From Bacillota bacterium (GTDB lineage: Bacteria > Bacillota > Clostridia > Christensenellales > SZUA-584): DNA of 64,000 bases. Below, piece after piece: positions 47,899 to 57,300 of the stretch. The first letter of the stretch is position 1. Each line of letters begins with the position of its first letter. Location of the stretch: assembly GCA_023412005.1 (NCBI GenBank), contig JAEYOE010000033.1, positions 23,344-87,343 of the forward strand. Reading direction: 5' to 3'. A program made the position numbers and the translations under genes. Under the pieces are notes generated by a model, which saw only the letters and a program-made list of their open reading frames with translations, had not been told where the DNA came from and did no database searches.

Positions 47899-49347
47899 AT
47901 GTCAAAAATCGATTTTTTCTCAGGTGAATTTATTCCCTTGGAGATGCACAAAGTACGCATTGTCCAAAAGCTCAATTTAATCCCCATTGAAGACCGTCAT
48001 GCCGCCATTTCCAAGGCGGGAAACAACACATTTCTTCTCCAAAACCGCGACGTATTTTTGGATATGCTCACCGACAGCGGCGTGAACGCAATGAGCGACA
48101 GGCAGCTTGGCGCCATGATGATTGCGGACGACAGCTACGCGGGTTCGGAAACATTTTATCGCCTCGAAGAAGCCGTCAAACGGATATTCAACGTCAAATA
48201 TTTTCTTCCGGCGCATCAAGGCCGCGCATGCGAAAACATACTGTCGAGCGTATTGGTTAAACCCGGCGATATCATCCCGATGAACTATCATTTCACCACC
48301 ACGAAAGCGCATATCACGCTGAACGGCGGGCAGGTCGCGGAAATTTATAAGGATGCCGCGATGGAGGTGGACAGCGCCAATCCGTTCAAGGGCGATATTG
48401 ACCCCGATAAACTTAATTGCCTCATAGAGAAGCACGGCGCTGAAAAGATACCGTTCCTGCGCTATGAGATGGGGACAAACCTCATCGGCGGGCAGCCGGT
48501 TTCGCTCGCAAATATGCGGCAGATCAAAAAGATTTGCCGCAGTCACGGCATTCCGATTGTAACCGACATCAGCCTGCTGGCGGACAACCTCTATTTTTTA
48601 AAGATACGCGACAGCGAATGTGCAGACATGAGCGTGCAAGACATCATCCGCGAGATTTCCTCGCTTTCCGATATCATGTACTTCTCGGCTCGCAAGCTTG
48701 GGTGCGCACGCGGCGGCGGCATATGTGTGAATGACGAAGAAATTTATTTGAAGCTACGCGAGCTGGTGCCGCTACTGGAAGGGTTTCTCACCTATGGCGG
48801 TATGTCCGTGCGGGAAATGGAAGCCATCACTGTGGGGCTCGAAGAAACGCTGGATATGGATATGATCAGCCAGGGGCCATTGTTCATACAGTACATGGTG
48901 AACGAGCTTTATAAAAAAGGCATACCCGTTATCACCCCCGCAGGCGGCCTTGGCTGCCACCTCGATGCATCGCGGTTTATCCCCCACGTTCCCCAAAGCG
49001 AATACCCTGCGGGTTCGCTGGCAGCCGCCATGTATATTGCGGGCGGCGTACGCGGTATGGAGCGCGGCACACTCTCCGAGCAGCGTGACGAAGCGGGTAA
49101 CGAAACATTTGCCAGCATGGAGCTGCTGCGCCTTGCGATGCCGCGCCGTGTCTTTACCCTCTCGCAGGTGAAATACACCATCGACCGTATCGAATGGCTG
49201 TATAATAACAGAGATTTGGTCGGCGGCCTTCGTTTTGTGGAAGAACCCAATATTCTGCGTTTCTTCTTCGGGCGGTTAGAGCCCATCAGCGATTGGCAGG
49301 AAAAGCTGGTTTCTAAGTTCCGCAGAGATTTCGGCGACAGCCTGTAA
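47899..49347 (+). CDS. Beta-eliminating lyase of the tyrosine phenol-lyase/tryptophanase family (TPL-like specificity residues)
   Basis: LTDSGVNAMSDRQ, YAGSE.FY.LE, PAHQGR..EN, GGQPVSLANMR and a PLP-Lys context FSARKLG. Thr (48295-48297, in HFTTTK) and Phe (49261-49263, in LRFFFGRL) occupy the positions that are Thr124/Phe448 in C. freundii TPL and Asp137/His463 in E. coli TnaA. This alignment is from memory. Confidence 0.85.
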   Translation: MSKIDFFSGEFIPLEMHKVRIVQKLNLIPIEDRHAAISKAGNNTFLLQNRDVFLDMLTDSGVNAMSDRQLGAMMIADDSYAGSETFYRLEEAVKRIFNVKYFLPAHQGRACENILSSVLVKPGDIIPMNYHFTTTKAHITLNGGQVAEIYKDAAMEVDSANPFKGDIDPDKLNCLIEKHGAEKIPFLRYEMGTNLIGGQPVSLANMRQIKKICRSHGIPIVTDISLLADNLYFLKIRDSECADMSVQDIIREISSLSDIMYFSARKLGCARGGGICVNDEEIYLKLRELVPLLEGFLTYGGMSVREMEAITVGLEETLDMDMISQGPLFIQYMVNELYKKGIPVITPAGGLGCHLDASRFIPHVPQSEYPAGSLAAAMYIAGGVRGMERGTLSEQRDEAGNETFASMELLRLAMPRRVFTLSQVKYTIDRIEWLYNNRDLVGGLRFVEEPNILRFFFGRLEPISDWQEKLVSKFRRDFGDSL

Positions 49348-49390
49348 AAAACATCATCAAATTATATAACATTATTATGGAACAAATACG

Positions 49391-49430
49391 AACGCCCCTT
49401 TTTCGGCAAATGAAGACGGGGCGTTTTCTT
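49391..49430 (+). terminator. Intrinsic terminator after the lyase gene
   Basis: AACGCCCC (49391-49398) / GGGGCGTT (49418-49425) followed by TTCTT. Confidence 0.7.
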
Positions 49431-49518
49431 GCTGACAATGCATTTTATAACGCAAAAAACCATCAAATCGCGGGTTTTAAATCTCTTCAAAATCAATTGA
49501 AATTAAGTATCGTTTTGG

Positions 49519-49547
49519 TTGACAGAGGGTGCTGTTTCTCTTATAAT
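49519..49547 (+). promoter_or_regulatory. Consensus sigma-A promoter for tRNA-Ser
   Basis: TTGACA (49519-49524), 17-nt spacer, TATAAT (49542-49547), 16 nt upstream of the tRNA 5' end. Confidence 0.75.
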
Positions 49548-49563
49548 GTAATAGCTGGTTTTT

Positions 49564-49657
49564 GGAGAAGTACCCAAGTACGGCTGAAGGGGCTCCCCTG
49601 CTAAGGGAGTAGACCGGGGTAACCGGTGCATGGGTTCAAATCCCATCTTCTCCGCCA
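49564..49657 (+). tRNA. tRNA-Ser (anticodon GCU), class II with long variable arm, encoded CCA
   Basis: Manual fold gives acceptor GGAGAAG/CTTCTCC and anticodon stem CTCCC/GGGAG with loop CT-GCT-AA. The 20-nt variable arm is TAGACCGGGGTAACCGGTGC. The T-arm is ATGGG-TTCAAAT-CCCAT, followed by discriminator G and CCA. Confidence 0.92.
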
Positions 49658-49660
49658 TAA

Positions 49661-49713
49661 CTGGACACCAATTTTGATACAAAGCGTATCTTGTTTGGTG
49701 TCCAGTTTCTTTA
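49661..49713 (+). terminator. Intrinsic terminator after tRNA-Ser
   Basis: CTGGACACCAA (49661-49671) / TTGGTGTCCAG (49695-49705) followed by TTTCTTTA. Confidence 0.7.
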
Positions 49714-49737
49714 TATGCCAAGCGCGAGGTGTTTTTT

Positions 49738-50403
49738 ATGATTATAATAGAAAACTATATATCGCAATTGATTGATTTACTTCAACGACAATATGATTCA
49801 AGGCTTATATATGTCGGTCTGCAAGGCAGTTATCTTCGCGGAGAGGCGACCGACAGCAGCGATATCGATATCATGGTGGTGATCGACGAGCTGGCTGTTT
49901 CCGACTTAGACAGCTATCGGGAGATCATTTTGTCCTTAGAGGAATCGGATAAGTCGTGCGGGTTTATATGCAGTAAAGATGATCTTGCGGGCTGGAATCC
50001 GCTTGAGATATGCCATCTACTAAACAGCACGAAAGATTATTACGGCTCGTTGAAACGGCTTGTTCCTGTGTACACGCAAAATGACAACCGTAATTTCATA
50101 AAAATAAGCGTTAATAATTTGTACCACGAAATTTGCCACAGATACATTCATTCCGGACAACAAGAAAACGCCAAAAGCCTCCCCGGTACTTATAAAGGTG
50201 TTTTTTTTATCCTTCAGAACCTTTATTATCTGGAGCACGGAAAATACATTCCGACCAAGGCACAATTACTGCTACTGTTATCCGGCAAAAACCGTGCTGT
50301 TTTGGATCGCGCTATGCAGCTAAGCGATACCGATGCATACGACTTTGCTGACAGTTTTGGTCTTCTTTTTACATGGTGTCAGGATACATTGAAACTTCTA
50401 TAA
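49738..50403 (+). CDS. Nucleotidyltransferase-domain protein (aminoglycoside/small-molecule NTase-like fold)
   Basis: GLQGSYLRGEATDSSDIDIMVVID matches the G-S-x(n)-D-x-D polymerase-beta-type NTase motif. GAGGTG RBS lies 6 nt before the ATG at 49738. The gene is AT-rich. Confidence 0.7.
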   Translation: MIIIENYISQLIDLLQRQYDSRLIYVGLQGSYLRGEATDSSDIDIMVVIDELAVSDLDSYREIILSLEESDKSCGFICSKDDLAGWNPLEICHLLNSTKDYYGSLKRLVPVYTQNDNRNFIKISVNNLYHEICHRYIHSGQQENAKSLPGTYKGVFFILQNLYYLEHGKYIPTKAQLLLLLSGKNRAVLDRAMQLSDTDAYDFADSFGLLFTWCQDTLKLL

Positions 50404-50483
50404 AATAAACTCTGCGTTACATTTTTAATATATCCAAAGTAGATTTTTCTGCAACGCTATCGCCAACCTTTATTATCGACGAT

Positions 50484-50526
50484 AAAAAAACATCCTGCCA
50501 AGGCATTTGCGCCTTCGGCAGGACGG
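50484..50526 (-). terminator. Intrinsic terminator after the 488-aa exported protein gene
   Basis: Minus strand reads CCGTCCTGCCGAAGGC-gcaaat-GCCTTGGCAGGATG followed by TTTTTTT. Confidence 0.75.
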
Positions 50527-50580
50527 AATCAGATTTATTGTTTTAGATAGACTTCAATCTTCACCTCGTCAAAGTCGGCT

Positions 50581-52047
50581 CTATTGTGGAATAAATGCTT
50601 CGCCGGTGACTGTGTTGATATACTCATGGTCGGCCTTCCAGCCCGTCTGAGACCCCCGGAAACATTCTTCGCTCGCGAAGAACATAACCTGCTGCAGATT
50701 GCCGTCCTCAAACATGAATTCATAAATGGAGCCATCGTGCATGAACGCGTCTATGGTGCAGAAATGGTCATCATACACGGCGTTGACGCTGACATAATTG
50801 AATTCATCGCCATAGATATTGCCCATGATATTGGCGACATAGTCCGTATATTCATCCCCGCCCATATCACCGTATTCAATCTTCGTCAGATCAAGCTCGG
50901 GGTTGTTAAGATTGCCGCAGCTCAGGGAAATGATCCATTTGCTTTTCGATGTGATATCCATCGACAGCTGCTTGCTTGATAGCTGCCAGTAATTCTCCCT
51001 CACACCCGAATTGTCAATATAGAACGTCATCTTGGGCTCTTTGTATTGTCCCTCACCATTCGCCAGCGTCAGGAATCGCTGATAGATATCGAGTGCCTGT
51101 TCCCGCGTCATATCGCCCTGGCGGGGCTCACCCTTTTTAAAGTCCTGTTCGGAAGCCAGTTTTACAATGGACGGATCCCGCTGCACGTCCGCGTCAAAAT
51201 AAACACCCTCCTGCATGCTCGCTTCCGACGGGTAAACGCCCACAGCGTAGAGCGTCCCGTTCATCACCCCGAACCTTGCAAGTTTACCGCTTTTCATTTT
51301 AAGCGCGTAGTCATTCCGCCAGATTCCGCTGCCTCCGCCGCCGCCTGTATACCTTATATCCGCCACGGTAGTGTTAAATACAGCGGCAATATTGTCGGCA
51401 ATCTCACGGTCGCTGTCCGGAACTTTTGAATAATCGTCGATATCCCTCTGCGCCTGCTCGCCAGCCGGAATGAAATAATAATCGATAGCGATGAGATCCA
51501 GAGTGTCCGCCGCCAGCGTGCAGATGATGGCCTCGTCTGTTGTGAATACCCTGATAAAATCACCGCGATGTCCGCTGGCATCCGTGTAGTACAGGTAGTC
51601 AACGAGATCGTTTGCTATATCGTAGTCGAAGAAAGCTTTGGCGTATTCGCTGGCTTTGGGCAAAGCTTTCTTCTTTAGGGCATCAAAATCATTCGGCTCT
51701 ATGTTTTTCCACGTGTCGGCTTTTTTTATCCCCCCATTATCTATACCCGGGATGACATTATCGCGCCGCATTTCCTTTCGCCCAACCACAATGCTCAGCG
51801 CCTCTGCACTCAGCGTGGATTTAGTTGGTGTGGGCTGCGGCCCTGCTGTCTCCTCTGGCGTGGGCTTATCAGCCGATTCAGCAATTTCAACGGTTTGCGC
51901 CGCCTCGGCTTCGGCGGTTTGAATTTTATCCGCGGCCATCGCGCTATGCGCCTGACTGACCAGCACCACGGCCAAACAGATTCCGCCTGCCAGCACAATA
52001 GCGGCGGCTATAAGCAGGATTTTATTTTTCTTAATAAAGTTTCTCAT
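50581..52047 (-). CDS. Hypothetical N-terminally anchored extracytoplasmic protein, 488 aa
   Basis: AGAGGTGA RBS. Single N-terminal TM ILLIAAAIVLAGGICLAVVLV, then a Pro/Thr/Glu linker and a ~400-aa domain I cannot assign. It lies 67 nt downstream of the histidine kinase gene on the same strand. Confidence 0.6.
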   Translation of the reverse strand: MRNFIKKNKILLIAAAIVLAGGICLAVVLVSQAHSAMAADKIQTAEAEAAQTVEIAESADKPTPEETAGPQPTPTKSTLSAEALSIVVGRKEMRRDNVIPGIDNGGIKKADTWKNIEPNDFDALKKKALPKASEYAKAFFDYDIANDLVDYLYYTDASGHRGDFIRVFTTDEAIICTLAADTLDLIAIDYYFIPAGEQAQRDIDDYSKVPDSDREIADNIAAVFNTTVADIRYTGGGGGSGIWRNDYALKMKSGKLARFGVMNGTLYAVGVYPSEASMQEGVYFDADVQRDPSIVKLASEQDFKKGEPRQGDMTREQALDIYQRFLTLANGEGQYKEPKMTFYIDNSGVRENYWQLSSKQLSMDITSKSKWIISLSCGNLNNPELDLTKIEYGDMGGDEYTDYVANIMGNIYGDEFNYVSVNAVYDDHFCTIDAFMHDGSIYEFMFEDGNLQQVMFFASEECFRGSQTGWKADHEYINTVTGEAFIPQ

Positions 52048-52114
52048 AAAACATCACCTCTTTTCAAACAGAGCATATGCCTCAACATATCACGGAGTCT
52101 TCACGGGGACGTTA

Positions 52115-53233
52115 TCAAGTTGTAAAAGTAATTGTGACCCGCGTTCCTTTGCCCTCTTCGGATGCAAAGTGCAGCACAGCCTTGTGCAGCTTTGCGATTT
52201 CATGGCACAGCGGAATGCCAAGGCCGTTGCGCTTGTGCGGGTTTTCGGCCCGTCCCGGGTGGTTCACGTATTCCAATAAGTCTTCGCTCATGCCCTTGCC
52301 GCTGTCGCTGACGGTGATCTGCCTGTCAACTGCATTAAGTTCAACAACGCCGCCCTCATAAGAAGCCTTAATCGCGTTGGCAACCAGATTGTTAATCAGG
52401 CTTTGCAGCAGCACCTTATCACCCGTTATCCGCTTTGTCCCGACAGTATACTTAACCTGACCATATGTTTTTTGCGCATGTGCGAACATTGCCTCTACAT
52501 CTACATTTTCGCGCTTAGCACCGCTCTCGCGCAGGTTTGAAATCGTCAACAGCTTTTCCGATATCTCCGCAAGGCGCTTGCTCTCGTCGATTATGTAGCG
52601 TGTTGCGTCATGGCGCTGCTGCGCTGTCAGCTTGGCGATCATCAGGGCTTCCGCATAGCCGCTGATGGCTGTCAGCGGCGTGCGCAGCTCATGCGCGAGC
52701 CGATCTACCGGCTGATTGATCTTTTTCAGTGTGAGATAAAGCAGCACGCACAGCGCGAGCATCACACCCGCACCTGTTAACGATGATAAAATCGACTGGC
52801 TAATACCGGCGCTGACCGCATGGGTAGCGGATTTGGCCAGCACAAAATAATATCCGTTGGTGAGCTGATCCGTCATAAAGATATAAGTGTCTTGCCCATG
52901 TGCCACCCATTTGAGCGTCCCTGGCTCGCGGGCAGACGCAAACGGCAGGTTGCCGAAAAGCACACCATCGTCGCTGCCGACCTCCAAATAGACGTCTTTA
53001 TCCGCATAATACTCGGCAAAAGAAGCCGCCGCGCTTTGATGGGTATCGGCCTTTATACTGTTAAATGTACTATCGAGCGCACGGGAGATGGCGTATTCTT
53101 CATTGATGGCTGCGGTCTTCGCACTTTCCAGCAGCGATGTCACCGAGGGCACGGCAAGAAAATACACATAAATATAGAATATCGCCATAATCCAAAGAAC
53201 GGCGAATAAATAATTCTTCTGCCATAGCTTCAT
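52115..53233 (-). CDS. Sensor histidine kinase (two TM helices, HisKA + HATPase_c)
   Basis: H-box HELRTPLTAISGYAE, an N-box (LVANAIKAS) and G-boxes (DSGKGM, GLGIP). Confidence 0.9.
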   Translation of the reverse strand: MKLWQKNYLFAVLWIMAIFYIYVYFLAVPSVTSLLESAKTAAINEEYAISRALDSTFNSIKADTHQSAAASFAEYYADKDVYLEVGSDDGVLFGNLPFASAREPGTLKWVAHGQDTYIFMTDQLTNGYYFVLAKSATHAVSAGISQSILSSLTGAGVMLALCVLLYLTLKKINQPVDRLAHELRTPLTAISGYAEALMIAKLTAQQRHDATRYIIDESKRLAEISEKLLTISNLRESGAKRENVDVEAMFAHAQKTYGQVKYTVGTKRITGDKVLLQSLINNLVANAIKASYEGGVVELNAVDRQITVSDSGKGMSEDLLEYVNHPGRAENPHKRNGLGIPLCHEIAKLHKAVLHFASEEGKGTRVTITFTT

Positions 53234-53236
53234 CGT

Positions 53237-53884
53237 TCAATCCTCAAACCTGTACCCCACTTTAAACACGGTGTTGATACGAGCCTCCAGCTCAAGCTTT
53301 TTACGCAGCTTTTGAATGTGAACATCCACCGTGCGGCTTTCGCCCATAAAGTTAATGCCCCACGCCTCGGTTAAAAGGCGTTGGCGCGACAGGGCGATAT
53401 TCCTGTTTTCTATTAGAATCTGCAGCAGATTGAATTCCTGCAGCGTCAAATCCACCGGCTCACCGCGCAAATAGGCTTGTCGTGAGTCGAACCGTATGGT
53501 CAGATCGCCCGAACTGTAGGCGGCTTCCGTTTTCTGTGTCCGCCGCAGTACCGCCTGAACGCGCAGCAGCAGCTCTGTGACTTCGAACGGTTTGGTGATG
53601 TAATCGTCCGCGCCCAGTGTGAAACCGTGCACCTTGTCAGTCGTCTCGTGGCGTGCAGTTAAAAATATCGCCGGTATGTCTCTGATTTTCTCCATCACAC
53701 CAAAGCCGTCAATGTCCGGCAGCATAATATCAAGCAGCATGAGATCATAGACGCTGCTGCGCGCCAATGCAACGGCATCTTTTCCGCAGTATGCCGGGGT
53801 GCAGCGGTGCCCGGTCATCTGCAGATTGATCGTTATCAGATTGCTGATCGGCATTTCGTCTTCAACAATCAGTATGTTGGCCAT
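53237..53884 (-). CDS. OmpR/PhoB-family response regulator
   Basis: Receiver domain ILIVEDE…DLMLLDIMLPDIDG… plus a winged-helix C-terminus (LT..EF.LL..L…V.VHI..LR.K…I.TV...GY.F). Confidence 0.92.
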   Translation of the reverse strand: MANILIVEDEMPISNLITINLQMTGHRCTPAYCGKDAVALARSSVYDLMLLDIMLPDIDGFGVMEKIRDIPAIFLTARHETTDKVHGFTLGADDYITKPFEVTELLLRVQAVLRRTQKTEAAYSSGDLTIRFDSRQAYLRGEPVDLTLQEFNLLQILIENRNIALSRQRLLTEAWGINFMGESRTVDVHIQKLRKKLELEARINTVFKVGYRFED

Positions 53885-54117
53885 GCACCCGTTCCTCCTT
53901 TTGCTTCCATTGTAACATAAAAGTTGTTATCATTGTGTAAATCTGGCGTATCACTCACAATTGTTATATCATGGTGGTTAAACCAACATTATTTGTCATA
54001 CAGTCCACTTCGTAGTCGCTTCTCTTCGCTCGTTCACTGCGAAAGCAAAAAGAATGACCGCTAACCGTAGCTTCGTTCATTGATATGCGTAAGCACATGA
54101 TGATTTCTGAGAAAAAT

Positions 54118-54307
54118 TGAGCCGATTGTATTTATCGGCTCAGGCTTCTGACAAAGTCATTATTGTCATTTTGAGCGAGCGTTAGCGATGTCGAAAAATC
54201 CCATGTTAAAAGCGTTTTTCCATGGGATGCTCACGTCGCTCCGCTCCTCAGCATGACAGATGGAGTGGTTTATCATCAAGCTGAGCCGATTGTATTTATC
54301 GGCTCAG
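54118..54307. repeat. Duplicated 26-nt hairpin flanking an imperfect palindromic (MITE-like) element
   Basis: TGAGCCGATTGTATTTATCGGCTCAG occurs identically at 54118-54143 and 54282-54307. Between the copies, imperfect inverted arms GTCATTTTGAGCGAGCG… (from 54165) and …CGCTCCGCTCCTCAGCATGAC (to 54257) surround the hairpin ATCCCATG…CATGGGAT. Confidence 0.6.
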
Positions 54308-54337
54308 TCATGTCAATTTGTAATTTTTATTACCCGC

Positions 54338-57300
54338 TTACTGAACCGTCACCGTGCACACGGCTGTGATGCCGTTGCTCGTCGTCGCCGCGATCGTTGC
54401 CGTGCCCGTTGCAATGGCCTTCACCTTGCCCTTGGCATCCACGGTGGCCACGGCCGGGTTGCTGCTCGCCCATGTCACCGTTTTATAGTCCGTATTCTTC
54501 GGGGCTATCGTCGCTTTCAGCGCAGCCGTTTTCCCCGTCTTCAGCGTCAGCGCCGCTTTGCTCATCTTCAAGCCTGCCGGGTAAATCGGTGTTACCGTCA
54601 CGGTACAGCTCACCGAAACGCCGCTGCCGTCCTTCGCGGTGCAGGTAATCACCGCCGCACCGCCCGTCTTGCCCGTTACCACACCCGCGCTGGAAACCGC
54701 CGCCACCTTGGGGTTGCTCGATTTCCATGTCAGCTTCTTGTTGCTGGCAGTGCCCGGCGCGATCGATGCCGTCAGCTTCACTTTCTGCGTCCGCGCGATG
54801 GTCGTATCCGCAAGGTTCAGCGAGATCCACGATACCGGCTGCTGAACTGTGATTGTCTTTTTAATGGTGGTGGTCTTGGTTTTCACCCTGCCCTTCTTAT
54901 CGACTGTCTGGGAGACCACCTTGGTGATAATCGTCACCTTACCGCCCGCGAGGAATGTCACATTGCCGTTTGAGTCCACAGACGCGATAGCCGGATTGGA
55001 GGACGTGTAGGTGACGGACTGAACCGTATAGCCCTTCGGCGCGGCCGGCGGTATCAAAGTGACTGCCGTTCCCGCGTTCGTTTTAGACGGCACCTTCGTC
55101 GCCGGAACGTTTCCTCTGCTTGGCGGTTGACCAACCATCACCGTTTGCATTTGTCCATTGCCTTTATTGGCTGCATCACAAGCAGCTGCCGTATAAGTGC
55201 CCGCCGCCACGCTGAAGCTGTTGGCGCTGCCCCAGCTCGCACCGCCGTCAATAGAATACAAATACGCACCGCTGTTGCCCCCCGATGCCGTAATGGTGAT
55301 ATTCCCATTTGCCGCGCCGTATAAAGTCGCATCGGCCTTTGTGCAGCTGATGGAAACCGGTATGAGCGTATGTGTATCGGTTAACTTCATCCATTTTGCG
55401 TAAAGTGTGGTATTGGCCGTCACCGTGTCGTCACCGAAGTTCCATGCACTTGTCAGTTCTCTTTGCTTATACCATCCGCCGAAAGTATAACCGGTTTTTA
55501 CAGGATCGGCCGGTTTCGATACCCGCCCCCCCGGCGGCACGCTCTGCTTCGCAACCGTGCTTCCGCCATCTGTATCAAACGAAACAACATACGGAAAATT
55601 AGCGGTTAATATGTAAGCTGTATTGTATTTGTACGCATATTTCGCAGAGGTTGATACCGTCACGTTCGCCGCGTCTGTCCAGTTTAAGAATGTCTCGCCG
55701 GTTTTGGGTACAGCTTCAACATACATGTTCTCTTCCGATTCATCCGACCAAATGAAATATAAACCGACATACCCTTCCCCGTTTGCTCTCAGCTCCATTG
55801 CAGAGGTTTTGTCTAAGTCGTAAGGGATGGCCGCCTTCAAGTCGGTGAGCGGATTGTCTGTGCAGTCGATAATCACCAAAATAAATCTGCTCAGATCCAG
55901 CGATGAAAGCCGATTGCTGCTCACGTCAAGTGTGGACAACTGCGCATTATGTGTCAAATCTAGTGAAGAAAGCTGATTGCGACTGCAATTCAGACCGGAA
56001 AGGCTCACATTTTTTGTTACATCCAACGCCGATAGGCCAGTATTTGAGCACTCAAGGACTTGAAGCAACGTGTTTTTCGTCACGTCCAGTGTCCCAAGCC
56101 GATTGCCGCTGCATTCTAAATCCCTCAGGGATGTGTTATTGTCGACATCAAGTGTCGTGATCAGATTGTCCTCACAGTAAAGCTCAGCCAATGCCGTATT
56201 GATTGAAACATCAAGACCGGTTATCTTGTTTTTGCTGCAGTCTAAACAGTTGAGGTTGATGTTGGCATTGATACTCAGTTCGGAGAGGTTGTTGTCGCTG
56301 CATCCCAGCTGCAGAAGATCACGATTTGCGCTGACATCTAGCGAGCTTATTTCATTATTGTCGCAGTAGAGCTTCCTTAGCTTTGTATTCGCACTGACAG
56401 GAAGCGATTTCAGCTTATTATCCTCGCAGGTCAGCTCGGTAAGCTTCGTGTTGGCGTTTACGTCCAGCGCACTCAAACTGTTGCCGCTGCAAAACAATTT
56501 ATCAAGAACCGTACAATTCGCAATATCAAGAGAGCTTATCTGATTGTCGATACAGCTGAGAATCCTCAGATTTGTACAACCATTTGTGACAAGCGCCGTC
56601 AGCTCGTTAAAGCCGCAGTCAAGAATGTCGAGTGATGCGCGATTTTCCAGGTCAAGCGTTCCGGTGAGCTTGTTGTTGTTACAGTACAGCTTCTCGAGCC
56701 CTGTATTTCCTGTTAATGTCAACGAACTGATTTCATTGTTGCCACAACAAAGCTTTTTCAGGGATGCGCCCGCCGCAGACGTATCGAGTGCGGCTATTAA
56801 GTTATAATCACATTCTAATTCTTCCAGCGCATTAAGAGACGAAAGTTCCAAAACAGGTATCTGATTATTATTGCATTTTAGCCACATGAGATTAATGTTA
56901 TCGCTCACATCCAGCGCCGTTAATGCGTTTTCACTGCAGTTTAAGCTTTGAAGTGCGGTATTTGTGCTCAAATCCAGCGAGGTGATTCCAACATTTTTTA
57001 CGTTACCGTTAAAGTCAACGAGATGCGTACCCGAACAGTTAAGCGTTTCGAGCGCTTTGTCATTATCAACTTTCAGGCTGTCGATGTGGTTATAATTCGC
57101 TATAAACGACTCCAGATAGACAAAGTCACTCAGATCCAGATCGCCGTCGAGACTTACGGAGGTCCATGAAATTTCTTTCACATGCAGAACATTTTCTGAA
57201 CCTTCCAGATACGATTCCCATGTGATACCTGGCCAGCTCGACGGGCTGTCCTTGTCGTACATAGATGTCAAGGCTTGCCCATTGGTGTACCCGGGCGACG

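Noticed and set aside
54260-54973. 237-aa plus-strand ORF overlapping the 3' end of the LRR-protein gene.
   Set aside because: It is extremely Arg-rich (…RRRRDRCRARC…) and is an antisense shadow of the Big_2-encoding region. Its start lies inside the repeat element.
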